Positions 18,283 through 28,699 of a stretch of 64,000 nt of DNA are shown piece by piece. The stretch spans positions 806-64,805 of the forward strand of contig JBOHEO010000003.1 of assembly GCA_050701055.1 (NCBI GenBank), in the 5' to 3' direction. Below the pieces are notes generated by a model. That model ran no database searches. It had not been told where the DNA came from and was given only the letters and a program-made list of their open reading frames with translations. The stretch is from Pseudonocardia sp. Lineage in GTDB: Bacteria; Actinomycetota; Actinomycetes; Mycobacteriales; Pseudonocardiaceae. How positions within the stretch are numbered: the stretch's first letter is position 1; each line of letters begins with the position of its first letter. The position numbers were made by a program, and so were the translations under genes.

Positions 18283-18546
18283 ATGAGCGAGCAAGTCAAT
18301 GTCTACGAAGCCAAGACCCACCTGTCGAAGCTTCTCGAGCGCGTCGAGGCCGGCGAGGAGATCGTCATCGCCCGCAACGGTCGCCCGATCGCCCGCCTGG
18401 TGCCGACACAGCGCGATCGCCCGCCGCGCGTGCCCGGGTCGTTGCGGGGCAAGATCTGGATCTCGCCGGACTTCGACGAACCCGACGACGAGCTGATCGA
18501 TCTCTTCGAGAACGGCCCCATATTCCCCGACGAGCAGGATCGCTGA
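18283..18546 (+). CDS. vapB: Phd/YefM-family antitoxin
   Basis: VNVYEAKTHLSKLLERVEAGEEIVIARNGRPIARLVP. Confidence 0.93.
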   Translation: MSEQVNVYEAKTHLSKLLERVEAGEEIVIARNGRPIARLVPTQRDRPPRVPGSLRGKIWISPDFDEPDDELIDLFENGPIFPDEQDR

Positions 18547-18929
18547 TGCGGCTGCTGGTCGACAGTCACGTCCTGCTCTGGTGGCTGGACGGCGCGTCGC
18601 GGCTATCCCCGACCGCCACTGATGCGATGGCGAGCGGTACCAATGAGCTGCTGGTCTCGACCGCGTCGGTCTGGGAGCTGTCGATCAAGCAGTCGGTCGG
18701 CAAGCTGCGCGTGTCGGCCGACCTTCACGAGCACGCTCTGCGACAGGGCTTCTCCGAACTGCCCGTGACCGGAGTCCACGCCTCCGCCGTACGCGCCCTG
18801 CCGTTCCATCACAGGGACCCGTTCGACCGGTTGCTGATCGCGCAGACCCGGGTCGAGGGCCTCACCCTCGTCACGGCCGACCGCGCGATGAGCGCCTACG
18901 ACGTCCCGATCCTCCCGGCCGGGGCTTGA
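18546..18929 (+). CDS. vapC: PIN-domain toxin VapC
   Basis: LLVDSHVLLWW, SVWELSIK, HRDPFDRLLIAQ, LVTAD. Coupled by TGATG. Confidence 0.94.
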   Translation: MRLLVDSHVLLWWLDGASRLSPTATDAMASGTNELLVSTASVWELSIKQSVGKLRVSADLHEHALRQGFSELPVTGVHASAVRALPFHHRDPFDRLLIAQTRVEGLTLVTADRAMSAYDVPILPAGA

Positions 18930-18944
18930 GCAACAGCTGCTCGT

Positions 18945-19172
18945 TCAGCCGATGGCGAAGCCGACCCGGCGCACGTCAGCGGGGGCGATCTCGACGTAGG
19001 CGATCTGCGCGGCGCGTACGGTGTAGCGGTGGCCCTTGTCGTCGACGAGCCGCAGCAGGCCGTCCTCGCTGGTCAACGAGGAGTCCACCAGCTCCTGAAC
19101 CTCCTCCGGGGTCTGGACGCTGGTCACCACTAGCTCTCGCGAGCTCTCCGCGATGCCGATCTTGACCTCCAC
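18945..19172 (-). CDS. DUF3107 protein
   Basis: VEVKIGIAESSRELVV...IAYVEIAPADVRRVGF. Confidence 0.92.
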   Translation of the reverse strand: MEVKIGIAESSRELVVTSVQTPEEVQELVDSSLTSEDGLLRLVDDKGHRYTVRAAQIAYVEIAPADVRRVGFAIG

Positions 19173-19373
19173 CGGGGAACCTCCTGGTCGCATGTCGGAC
19201 GTGCCGGACATACGTTAGTCGAGCCGCTGGACGTCGGCCGCCCCGCCCGGGAGGAACCTGCCATCGCCACTGCGCGGACAGGCCGCTGCCGCCCGTCGGC
19301 CAACGCTGACTACCGAATCTCCTGGCAGTGTGCTCTATTGATCTCCAGGGCACGCCGAGGGAGGGGTGCGGGA

Positions 19374-20525
19374 GTGGAGAATCCCTTGCTGCCTGACCGT
19401 GTCGTCACGGCGCTGCGGTGCGTACCGGCGCCGGTCAGCGCGTACGTCTACGACCGCGAGTTACTGCTCGACCGCGTGCGGCTGGTCCGCTCCTCCCTGC
19501 CGCCGGGTGCCTCGCTGCTGTACGCCGTCAAAGCCAACGGGCACCCCGATCTGCTCGCCGCTGTCGCGCCCTCGGTCGACGGCTTCGAGGTCGCCTCCGG
19601 TGGTGAACTGGCACTGGCGCTGGCGGCCGGGGCTCGGTCGATCATGTTCGCTGGGCCGGCGAAGACCGACGACGAGTTGTGCGCGGCGGTCCGCGCGGGC
19701 GCCACCGTCAACGTGGAGAGCGAGTTCGAGCTGCGCCGCCTGTCGCTGCTCGCGATCGACGCCGGGGCGAGCGCCGAGGTCGGACTGCGGATCAACCGGC
19801 CGGTGCCGATCACCGCCGACGTCACGCACCGGATGACCGGCGAGCCGACCCAGTTCGGCATCTCGGAGGCCGATCTTCCGGCGCTCGTCGACCTGGCCTC
19901 CTGCCTGCCCGGCGTACGGCTGCGGGGCCTGCACCTGCACGCGATGTCCAATAATTTGGCCGCCGACGCGCACGTCGCCTTCGTCACCGATGCACTGGAC
20001 TGGGCGCTCGCCACCGGTCTGAACCTGGACTATCTCAACGTCGGCGGCGGGTTCGGCATCGATTACCTCCGTTCACGCTCGTTCGACGTGTCCCTGCTGA
20101 AGTCGATCGTGGTACCGGCCGGTCTGCGCCTGATCTTCGAGCCGGGACGGTTCCTGGTCGCGCCGGCCGGCTGGTACGCCGCCGAGGTGGTCGATCTCAA
20201 GCGCAGCCACGGCCGCTGGTTCGCCGTCGTGCGCGGTGGTACACACCATTTCCGGCTGCCCGCCGCCTGGGGTTACAGCCACCCGTTCTCCGTCCTGCCA
20301 GTGGACGACTGGCCGTACCCGTTCACTCGACCGGTGATCGCGGACGTCGAGATCGATGTGGCCGGTGAGTTGTGCACGCCGCGTGACATCCTGGCCCGGG
20401 GCGCGTGGACGGATCGGCTGCGAATCGGCGACCTGCTGGTGTTCGCCGACACCGGCGCGTACGGCTGGGAGATCTCCCACCACGACTTCCTGGCCCACCC
20501 GTACCCGGTCATGATCGTCCTCTGA
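19374..20525 (+). CDS. Fold-type III PLP decarboxylase, SbnH/PvsE-like (siderophore-type)
   Basis: YAVKAN, FEVASGGE, LNVGGGFG, FEPGRFL, RGGTHHFRLPAAW, GELCTPRD, GAYGWEISHHDFL. Confidence 0.85.
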   Translation: MENPLLPDRVVTALRCVPAPVSAYVYDRELLLDRVRLVRSSLPPGASLLYAVKANGHPDLLAAVAPSVDGFEVASGGELALALAAGARSIMFAGPAKTDDELCAAVRAGATVNVESEFELRRLSLLAIDAGASAEVGLRINRPVPITADVTHRMTGEPTQFGISEADLPALVDLASCLPGVRLRGLHLHAMSNNLAADAHVAFVTDALDWALATGLNLDYLNVGGGFGIDYLRSRSFDVSLLKSIVVPAGLRLIFEPGRFLVAPAGWYAAEVVDLKRSHGRWFAVVRGGTHHFRLPAAWGYSHPFSVLPVDDWPYPFTRPVIADVEIDVAGELCTPRDILARGAWTDRLRIGDLLVFADTGAYGWEISHHDFLAHPYPVMIVL

Positions 20526-20575
20526 GCTCATTCGCGAGCCGGAACCACCGCTGCGCCGCTGTCCGGATCCAGCGG

Positions 20576-21223
20576 TCAGCCCTTCAGCCCCAGGCTCGCC
20601 ATCCGCTTGCCGTGGTTGGACTGCAGCCGCTTGAGCAACGTCGCGATGCCGGACAGGTCACCCGAGCCCGAAACGATGAACCCCGCGAGCTCGTCGCGCT
20701 CGGCCACGATGTGCTGGGCCTGCGTCACGGCCTCGCCGAGCAACCGCCGGCCCCACAGCGCGAGCCGGTCGCGCACCTCGAGATCGGCGGCGCACGCGGC
20801 GCGCACCTCCCGCTCGGCGAAGGCGCTGTGCCCCGTATCGGCCAACACGCGCTTCACCAGCTCCCCCGTCGGACCGGACAGCCAGGCGGCGACCTCACGG
20901 TAGAAGTCCGCGGCGAGCCCGTCGCCGACGTAGGCCTTGACCAGGGACTCCAGCCAGGTCCGCGGCGCGGTCGAGGCGTGGTACTCATCCAGTGGCACGA
21001 CGAACGGGCGCATCGCCCGCTCGACCGGCACCCCCAGCCCGTCGAGGTGCTCCTCCAGTAACCGGTAGTGCCCGATCTCGGCGGCGGCCATCTTGGACAG
21101 CGCGGCGCGGCCACCGAGGGTGGGGGCGGTGCGGGCGTCCTCGGCGAGCCGGTCGAACGCCGAGAGCTCTCCGTAGGCAAGGACGCCGAGCAGGTCGACG
21201 GTCGCAGCCTGGGCATTCGCCAT
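20576..21223 (-). CDS. Ferritin-like fold protein (MiaE-like, Rv3210c-like)
   Basis: [50 protein letters not shown]. Confidence 0.9.
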   Translation of the reverse strand: MANAQAATVDLLGVLAYGELSAFDRLAEDARTAPTLGGRAALSKMAAAEIGHYRLLEEHLDGLGVPVERAMRPFVVPLDEYHASTAPRTWLESLVKAYVGDGLAADFYREVAAWLSGPTGELVKRVLADTGHSAFAEREVRAACAADLEVRDRLALWGRRLLGEAVTQAQHIVAERDELAGFIVSGSGDLSGIATLLKRLQSNHGKRMASLGLKG

Positions 21224-21507
21224 GGCCGGGAGCCTAGATGTTGCGGTGGGACAGGAGTCACCGCACGCGCCGGGGCGGGGCGCTGCCCAAGAACGCCGGG
21301 ACCGGGTAAGATGTGTCATAGCGCAGCGCTCGCACTCCTCGGAGCGCGCGCACATGCGCGGCGCCTGACACTCCAGGCCCTGATCATTCAGGAATCGGAT
21401 ATGTCAGCGTGCCGCAACGACCTGGTGCGTGCAGCGCCTCGTCGGCTCTCCCATCCACTGGTTGATGAGCCGGCCCCGGCTCCTGTGCGCGGAGAGAGGC
21501 GATCATC

Positions 21508-23250
21508 CTGTCCGTCCCGAACGACACCCCCATCAGCACCATCCCCGAGGGCACCGAAGAGGCCCACCCACTGCAGGCCGGCGCCCCGGTCCGGCCCGAA
21601 GCCCCCACCTTCGCCGAGCTCGGCGTCCGCCCGGAGATCGTCCGGGCGCTCACCGAGGCCGGCATCGAGCGCACCTTCGCGATCCAGGAGCTCACACTCC
21701 CGCTGGCCCTGGCCGGCGAGGACATCATCGGTCAGGCCCGCACCGGGATGGGCAAGACCCTGGGCTTCGGCGTGCCGCTGCTCCAGCGGGTCACCCCGCC
21801 CGCCGAGCAACCCGCCGCCGACGACCACGGCGAGCCCGCCGACCGCACCAAGGACGTACCCCAGGCGCTCGTCGTCGTCCCCACCCGTGAGCTCTGCATC
21901 CAGGTCGCCAAGGACATCGCCGACGCCGGCCGCCACCTCGGCGTCCGGGTCACCGCGATCTACGGCGGCCGGGCCTACGAGCCGCAGCTCGCCGCCCTGC
22001 GCAAGGGCGTCGACGTCGTCGTCGGTACTCCCGGTCGCCTGCTCGACCTCGCCGAGCAGCGCCACCTGGTGCTCGGCCGGGTCACGGCACTCGTGCTCGA
22101 CGAGGCCGACGAGATGCTCGACCTGGGCTTCCTGCCCGACGTCGAGCGGATCCTGCGGATGCTGCCCGACCAGCGCCACACGATGCTCTTCTCGGCCACC
22201 ATGCCAGGGCCGATCATCGCGCTGTCCCGGGCGTTCCTGCGCCGCCCCACGCACATCCGGGCCGAGGAGGCCGACCAGGGTTCCATCCACGAGCGCACCC
22301 GGCAGATGGTCTACCGGGCCCATGCGATGGACAAGGTCGAGCTGCTCACCCGGGTCCTGCAGGCGAAGGATCGCGGGCTTACGATGATCTTCGCGCGCAC
22401 CAAGCGCACCGTGCAGCGGGTCGCCGACGACCTTGCCGACCGCGGTTTCGCCGCCGCCGCCGTGCACGGCGACCTGGGCCAGGGCGCCCGGGAGCAGGCG
22501 CTGCGCGCGTTCCGCTCGGGCAAGGTCGACGTGCTGGTGGCCACCGACGTCGCGGCCCGCGGCATCGATGTCACCGACGTGACGCACGTGATCAACTACC
22601 AGTGCCCCGAGGACTCCAAGACCTACGTGCATCGCATCGGCCGCACCGGGCGGGCCGGCAAGGAGGGCGTGGCGGTCACGCTGGTGGACTGGGACGAGAT
22701 CCCGCGCTGGAAGATGATCAGCGACGAGCTCGGTCTCGGCATGCCCGAGCCGATGGAGACCTACTCCACCTCCGAGCATCTGTTCGCCGAGCTGGAGATC
22801 TCGGCGAAGGCCACCGGCCGGCTTCCGCACTCGCAGCGCACCCGGGCCGGACTGGGCGCCGAGTTCGTCGACACCGAAGGCGACCACGGCGGCCGGCGGC
22901 GCAGCGGCGACAAGTCCGGGCGGGTTCGCGGACGCGACGAGGACCCGAAGGACATCGCCGTCGTGGAACGCAGGCCGCGTGCCGAGCGCACCCGCACCCG
23001 TCGCCGCGCCGGCGTGTCGCTGACCGGCGACGGCACCCCTGCCACCAGCGCCACCGACCTGCTCGACGCCCCCGCCGGACCCCCCGCCGGCGCCACAACG
23101 GCCGAGGCCGCCCCGGAGGCTGAGAGTGAGGGCCTGCCACCGCGCCGACGCCGACGCCGAGGAGGCGCGCGCCGACGCAGCGGGGCGGACCGGATCGACG
23201 CGGGTTCCGCCGATGCGGAGCGGTCCGCGCCGGACGCTGCTGCCAGCTGA
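21508..23250 (+). CDS. DEAD-box RNA helicase (RhlE/Rv3211-like) with non-canonical start
   Basis: Q motif FAELGV...FAIQ, ARTGMGKT, PTREL, DEAD, SAT, HRIGRTGRAG. The Q motif is upstream of the first in-frame ATG (21748), so CTG 21508 after GAGAGG is proposed. Confidence 0.9.
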   Translation: MSVPNDTPISTIPEGTEEAHPLQAGAPVRPEAPTFAELGVRPEIVRALTEAGIERTFAIQELTLPLALAGEDIIGQARTGMGKTLGFGVPLLQRVTPPAEQPAADDHGEPADRTKDVPQALVVVPTRELCIQVAKDIADAGRHLGVRVTAIYGGRAYEPQLAALRKGVDVVVGTPGRLLDLAEQRHLVLGRVTALVLDEADEMLDLGFLPDVERILRMLPDQRHTMLFSATMPGPIIALSRAFLRRPTHIRAEEADQGSIHERTRQMVYRAHAMDKVELLTRVLQAKDRGLTMIFARTKRTVQRVADDLADRGFAAAAVHGDLGQGAREQALRAFRSGKVDVLVATDVAARGIDVTDVTHVINYQCPEDSKTYVHRIGRTGRAGKEGVAVTLVDWDEIPRWKMISDELGLGMPEPMETYSTSEHLFAELEISAKATGRLPHSQRTRAGLGAEFVDTEGDHGGRRRSGDKSGRVRGRDEDPKDIAVVERRPRAERTRTRRRAGVSLTGDGTPATSATDLLDAPAGPPAGATTAEAAPEAESEGLPPRRRRRRGGARRRSGADRIDAGSADAERSAPDAAAS

Positions 23251-23271
23251 GCAGCCGAACGAACGCCGGCC

Positions 23272-24579
23272 ATGCTGGCTGAGCAGCCCAAACGTACGCC
23301 CGGCCTGCCGGCTGAGCGGGGCGACCGAACGCGGGTCATACGTCCTGAGCGGCGCCGCCGGGGCGATTTCGTCGCGGCGGCGACCCTGGTCCTCACGCTC
23401 GTCGCCACTGCGGCCACGCTCTGGTGGTCCGGCCCGGCTGCCGACACATCCTCGGTCACCGCCGCCGTCCCGATCGGGGTGCCCCCCGCGGCCACGGCTG
23501 TCCCGGCGGCGTTCACCGAATCGTGGCGGGCAGCCAGTGCCGCCACCCCGGTCCCGGTGGCGATCGGTCCGGCGGTGGTCACCGCGGACGGGTCCACGGT
23601 GATCGGCCACGAGGCGCTCACCGGCGTCGAACGCTGGCGCTACGCACGTGACCTGCCGCTGTGCACCGTCGGTTCCGGGTTCCCGGCGGCCGACGGCGGT
23701 ATCGGCCGCATCCTCGCCGTTTACCAGCACGGCGAGTACTGCAGCGAGCTCACCGCGCTGCGCAGTGACACCGGAGGGCGGGCCGCGCAGCGCAATCCCG
23801 ACACGACGCCAGGCACCCGCTTGCTGGACGGCGACGCGCTGGTCGCGCTGACGGGCGCGGATCACCTCGAGATCCTGCGGTCCGACCTGGTCCGGACCTT
23901 GGAGTTCGGCGACGTTCCCGCGCCCGCGCAGCCCGCCAGACAACCGCGCACGGGCTGTGCGTTCGGATCGTTCGCGCTCGTCGCGGATCGGATCGGAGTT
24001 CTCGAACGCTGCCCCGGTGAACCGACCGACCGCCTCACGGTGCTCGACACCGATGGCCCCGACGGTGCGGAGAAGCCCGAAGAACAGTTCTCCGTCCTGC
24101 TCCCCTCAGCAGGCGCCACCCTGATCGCGCTGTCCGGCGACCGGACGGCGATCGCGCTGCCGGGTCCGCCCAGGCTGCAGATCCTCGACCGGGCCGGACT
24201 GCAGGTTGCGCTCGTCGAGTTGGACGTCCCCGACACCGACCTGGTGGGCGACCCACCGGGCGCAGTGGCGACCGTCGTCACCCACGGGCAGCAGCTCCTC
24301 TGGTGGACCGGTTCGCGCACGATCACCCTGGACGCCACCGAGCTGATTCCGACCTGGACGCTGCCCGGCACGCTCGGCGCGGGCGTGCCGTACGCAGGCG
24401 CGCTGCTGGTTCCGGTGCCCGACGGACTGCTCGAGGTCGACGCCGCAACCGGGGCCGGCCTGCGCACCGTGGCGGTCGAGCGGGCACACCGCACCGCACC
24501 GATCCGGCTCGCGGCCCAGGGCGAGGTGCTGCTCGAACAGCGCGGCACCGAGCTCGTCGCCCTCCGGCCGACCCCATGA
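23272..24579 (+). CDS. Rv3212-like membrane-anchored beta-propeller protein
   Basis: IRPERRRRGD plus TM helix, ERWRYARDLPLC, EILRSDLVRTLEFG, LLEQRGTELVAL. Confidence 0.85.
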   Translation: MLAEQPKRTPGLPAERGDRTRVIRPERRRRGDFVAAATLVLTLVATAATLWWSGPAADTSSVTAAVPIGVPPAATAVPAAFTESWRAASAATPVPVAIGPAVVTADGSTVIGHEALTGVERWRYARDLPLCTVGSGFPAADGGIGRILAVYQHGEYCSELTALRSDTGGRAAQRNPDTTPGTRLLDGDALVALTGADHLEILRSDLVRTLEFGDVPAPAQPARQPRTGCAFGSFALVADRIGVLERCPGEPTDRLTVLDTDGPDGAEKPEEQFSVLLPSAGATLIALSGDRTAIALPGPPRLQILDRAGLQVALVELDVPDTDLVGDPPGAVATVVTHGQQLLWWTGSRTITLDATELIPTWTLPGTLGAGVPYAGALLVPVPDGLLEVDAATGAGLRTVAVERAHRTAPIRLAAQGEVLLEQRGTELVALRPTP

Positions 24580-24811
24580 CCGACTCGCGCTCGCTCCACT
24601 CCCCTGGCGTCTCGAGCTGCTCACCCCGGTCCGTCCGGCCTGGACAGCGGTCGCCGCGGTCGCGATCGGGCTGCCGCCGCCGTGGGCCAAGCGCCTCTAT
24701 GGCCTGCCCCAGCCACCGGACACGAGCACACTCACGCGGCAGCGACGCCAGTGGCGTCCGGCCGCCGGTCCGTCACCTGCTGAGCGGTGATCACCACCAC
24801 GGCGGTTCTGG

Positions 24812-25684
24812 TCATCCGATGAGCACCCCGACACCCGCGGCTCGCGACACCAGCTCCTCGAACGCCTCGGGCGCGGTGACCTCGGCCCCGATCGGGATGG
24901 TCTTGTTCGTGCCGTGATAGTCGCTGGACCCGGTGACGACCAGGTCCAGGTCGGTGGCCAGCCCGCGGAGCAGGGCACGGTCGGCCGGGGCGTGATCGGG
25001 GTGGTCGACCTCCAGCCCAGCGAGGCCGGACGCCGCGAGCTCCACGATCACCGAGAGCTCCACGCACCGACCGCGCCGCCGCGCGAGCGGGTGCGCGAAC
25101 ACCGCCACGCCACCTGCCGCGCGCACCATGTCTATCGCGGCGCTCAACGGGGTGTCGGACTTGGGCACGTAGTACGGGCTGTCGTCGTTCAACAACGTCG
25201 TGAACGCCTCGTCGACCGACCCGACGACACCCGCTGTCACCAGCGCGCGGGCTAGGTGCGGACGCCCGGCACTGGCCCCGTCAGGCAGGAAGGACAGCAC
25301 CGTCTCAACGTCAACCGGGTAGCCGTCGGCCGCCATCTTCGTGGTCATCCGGCGCAGCCGCTCGAGCCGCTCGGATCGCAGCCGCACCTGCTCGGCGACG
25401 ATCATGGCGTGCTCCGGGTCGAACAGGTAACCCAGCAGGTGCACCGTGACATCCCGATCCCCGCGGCCGGTGGCACTGGTGCAGGAGAACTCCGCACCGC
25501 GCACCAGTTGCATCCTTGCTGGCAGCACTGCCGCGGCGGCGGCCCAACCGCCGGTGGTGTCGTGGTCGGTGAGCGCGACGACGTCCAACTCGGCGGCGGC
25601 CGCCGCGGCGACGAGATCCTCGGGTGTGTCGGTGCCGTCAGACTCGGTGGAGTGAGTGTGCAGGTCGATCCGGAGGCTGGCCAC
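24812..25684 (-). CDS. PHP-domain phosphoesterase (TrpH/YciV-like)
   Basis: IDLHTHSTESDG, ALTDHDT, GRPHLA, FAHP, TGSSDYHG. Confidence 0.94.
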   Translation of the reverse strand: MASLRIDLHTHSTESDGTDTPEDLVAAAAAAELDVVALTDHDTTGGWAAAAAVLPARMQLVRGAEFSCTSATGRGDRDVTVHLLGYLFDPEHAMIVAEQVRLRSERLERLRRMTTKMAADGYPVDVETVLSFLPDGASAGRPHLARALVTAGVVGSVDEAFTTLLNDDSPYYVPKSDTPLSAAIDMVRAAGGVAVFAHPLARRRGRCVELSVIVELAASGLAGLEVDHPDHAPADRALLRGLATDLDLVVTGSSDYHGTNKTIPIGAEVTAPEAFEELVSRAAGVGVLIG

Positions 25685-25745
25685 GGTCCAGGCTAACTCT
25701 AGGGGCGGGTGGGACAGCGCGGTCCGGGGAGGACAGCGCGGCAGC

Positions 25746-26282
25746 TCAGCGCCGCCAGCGCGGTCGGGCGAGCATGCCGGACGACCGGGTCTTGCCCTTC
25801 TCCCCGAACACCAGCTCGGAGAGCGCCTCGTAGATCTCCTCGGGCCGCGGCATGTACCTGATTTTGTTGAGCGCCTGGATCTGTCCGGCGGACTCGACGA
25901 TCATCGTGCCGTAGCCGAACATGCGTCCGCCCAGCGTCCGCCGGAACGTCAGGTCGGTGACCTTGCTCAGCGGCATCATGCCCACGTTGTGCACGATGAT
26001 CCCCTGCGAGAGCATCACCCGCTTGTCGGTGATCACGATGCGCTCGATCCACCACTGGATCGTCAGCACCGTGAACCGGAGCACCGCGACCAGAGCGAAA
26101 TAGAACGCGACGTTGTCGACCAGGACGGTGTCGGGAAGGTAGCGCTCCAGGACGACGATCAGCAGGAGGAACAGCGCCGTCTCGGTGAGCGGCTCGCTCA
26201 TCACGGCCCAGTGCTGGCGCACCCGGATGACCCTGCGCTCGGTCGGGAGCAGGTACTCGTCGATCTCGCGGGGGGCCAGCAC
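25746..26282 (-). CDS. Bacterial PH-domain membrane protein
   Basis: YLLPTERRVIRVRQHW, ITDKRV, MPLSKVTD, FGYGTMIVESAG. Confidence 0.9.
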   Translation of the reverse strand: MLAPREIDEYLLPTERRVIRVRQHWAVMSEPLTETALFLLLIVVLERYLPDTVLVDNVAFYFALVAVLRFTVLTIQWWIERIVITDKRVMLSQGIIVHNVGMMPLSKVTDLTFRRTLGGRMFGYGTMIVESAGQIQALNKIRYMPRPEEIYEALSELVFGEKGKTRSSGMLARPRWRR

Positions 26283-26285
26283 GGG

Positions 26286-26441
26286 CTAGGTCACGACCTG
26301 CGTGAAGAAGCTCGCGACGTTCTCGGCCCAACCCTCCAGAGTGCCCGCGATGCTCTCGACCGAGTTCGCGGCGGGATCCGGCTGCGTCACGACGAACCAG
26401 ACGAGCAACACGATCGCAATGATCCCCAACCACTTCTTCAC
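26286..26441 (-). CDS. Small membrane protein
   Basis: VKKWLGIIAIVLLVWFVVTQPDPAANSV...ASFFTQVVT; co-oriented with the PH gene. Confidence 0.75.
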   Translation of the reverse strand: MKKWLGIIAIVLLVWFVVTQPDPAANSVESIAGTLEGWAENVASFFTQVVT

Positions 26442-26545
26442 CGACGACCACCGTTCGACATCGTGCGACAGGACGTTCCGGGTCTGTTGTACCGCACCCG
26501 GAGGCCCCAGGATATACGGCACGCGGACCGATAGGAGCCAAATCG

Positions 26546-26944
26546 ATGACTCGGAGTAGTGAAATCGTGGCCTGCGTCGGCGGTGTCGCCCATGACACCG
26601 CCGGGCTGATCCTGCTCATCCGGCGCGCCAACGAACCCGGGTGTGGACTGTGGTCGCTACCCGGCGGGCGGGTGGAGCCGGGCGAGGACGACGCCGACGC
26701 GCTGGTCCGGGAGATGGCCGAGGAAACCGGGCTGACGGTCGCACCGGGCGCGCTGGTCGGGCACGTGGTCCGGGGGCCCTATGCGATCGCCGACTACCGG
26801 TGCGCGGTGGTGGGCGGTGAGCTCCGGCCCGGCGACGACGTCTCCGACGCCCGCTGGTGCGACCGGGCCGCGCTGGCGGCACTGCCGCTCGTCGACGGAC
26901 TTCTGGAGGTCCTCACGGAATGGGACGCGCTGCCGCGCCGCTAG
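26546..26944 (+). CDS. NUDIX hydrolase
   Basis: Nudix box WSLPGGRVEPGEDDADALVREMAEETGL. Confidence 0.93.
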   Translation: MTRSSEIVACVGGVAHDTAGLILLIRRANEPGCGLWSLPGGRVEPGEDDADALVREMAEETGLTVAPGALVGHVVRGPYAIADYRCAVVGGELRPGDDVSDARWCDRAALAALPLVDGLLEVLTEWDALPRR

Positions 26945-26993
26945 CCGCGGATCCACCGGATAAGTTCAGTCGGGGGTCTGGATCACACCACCA

Positions 26994-27049
26994 GCTTCAT
27001 GATCGCCGAACGGGAACGCAGAGCCGAATCCCGCGCGGCTCCCCGTACC
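26994..27049. repeat. About 55-bp dispersed repeat, copy 1
   Basis: GCTTCATGATCGCCGAACGGGAACGCAGAGCCGAATCCCGCGCGGCTCCCCGTACC; near-identical copy at 35566-35620. Confidence 0.8.
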
Positions 27050-27051
27050 CA

Positions 27052-28335
27052 GTGCGGCCCCGGCTATGAGCACGCGTGCGGCGTTGGACTTGCCCTGCCC
27101 CATCACCCCGCCGAACACCACGTCTCCGCCCGGTAGCGCGGGGCTGACGATGTCACCACGCTGCGACACCCCCAGTGGGACGCCGACGAAGACGTCCGCA
27201 GTCCCGTCGTGCAGCAGCGGGTACGGCGGGGCCGGCTTGTCCGTCGACCCGCGATCGGCAACCCACAGGTCGACGTACCCGGCGTGCTCGGCGCCGGCGG
27301 GCCACACCTCCAGTGGCGTCCGGTGCAGGTTGCGGGCCAGCACGTCGCGTTTGTCGGCGACCATGTCCGGGGTCACGCCCATGGGCAGCGAGAACACGGT
27401 CTGGTAGCCGCGCCCGTTCACCCGCACCGGCGGGGTGGAGAACTCGACCTGCCACCCCTGCTTCACCGCGCGGTTCAACGCTGGAATCCCCAGGTGCGCG
27501 AGCGCCGCCGCCACCCCGCCCGGAGTGACGATCACGCTCACTTCCTCCCGCGTCGCCGCGGGGGCCGCCCACTCAGGAAGGCGACCGTAAGTACGTCCGA
27601 CCTGCCACACCAGCGCGCCCAGCACCCACGGTGCGGCGAGAGCGAGTGGGAACCACGACGGTGGCGAGCCACATCGTCCACGCCATCAGGTCCACGACCG
27701 CCCCGAGCGAGACCCAGTAGCCACGTGATGTCCGAATGCGCGACGGCCAGGACCACACCGAGCCCCAGCAGTATCCCGAGGATGGTCACCGCAGCGGCGG
27801 CGAGCGCTGGGGCGAGCGCGAACGGGGCGGCAAGCCAGTCCATCCGGCGCCGGTGCCGACGCTCTCGGGCCTGCTCGGCGCGGAACTCCCAATCCGACAA
27901 CCGGTCCTGATCTCCCGCCGTCTCCGCGGCGCGCATCATCCGCTCGTACCGGGAGTTCGTCCGCGCCTCCCACAACCGCACCCCGACCATCCACAGGCCG
28001 GTGGCCACGTAGAGGACACCGTTGCGGGCCAGCCACCGCGCCATCGCACGTGTTCGCTCGTGCCGAGCCAGGGCGAGCGCCTTCCCGGCAACGCGGGTGA
28101 CCTGACCACCGGCCCAGCGCATGGCCGCGCCGGTAGCTCGGTCCGCCGCAACCAGTTCCTGTCCTGCGCGGTCGGGCCGAGCACCGGGCGCCGCGTCCTC
28201 GTCCCGGTGGCCACGTTCCGGGCTGCCCAGCGGACGGCAGTCGATGAAGTCGACCTCCCCGTCCACGATCTCTCCGGCCTGGACGAACCCGTCGCGCCCG
28301 CCGGTGGACTCGCGCCGCCTCACCGTCGCCCCCAA
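27052..28335 (-). pseudogene. AICE/plasmid TraB-like FtsK/SpoIIIE translocase, frameshifted and truncated
   Basis: TM-containing N-terminus in ORF 27538-28335, continuing in another frame to GVPLGVSQRGD and Walker A GVMGQGKS. Sequence breaks about 12 codons later. Confidence 0.8.
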
Positions 28336-28615
28336 TGCCGGCGCGTCGGAGCGAGATCAACCGCGGTGACGGTCAACGCCCTGGTGAGCGGGTAGGCCGC
28401 GAACAGCGCGGGCAGTGCCAGCACCGCCAGGTGCAACCACCAGTCGCCGGACTTGGCGATCACGGCCCACTGCACGGCCACGATCAACGCGGCGTTGAAC
28501 ACCACGCGCCCGGCCAGCGACACCAACCGGGCACTGCTGCGAGCCGCGTCCGCCGTGGCCCGTGCTCGCCGAGCACCCGAACGCCGGACGAGGAACAGGA
28601 CCACCCCCGTGCCCG
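28320..28615 (-). pseudogene. AICE small membrane (spread-like) protein, 5' end lost
   Basis: ARLVSLAGRVVFNAALIVAVQWAVI...LAVLALPALFAAYPLTRALTV directly upstream of the translocase. Confidence 0.5.
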
Positions 28616-28699
28616 GTCCTGTCGCGGTCGATCGCGTGCTCGCGCAGATGCGCCCAGATGGTGTGCACCGCCGGTCGTCCTCCCCCAGGACGCCCCACA

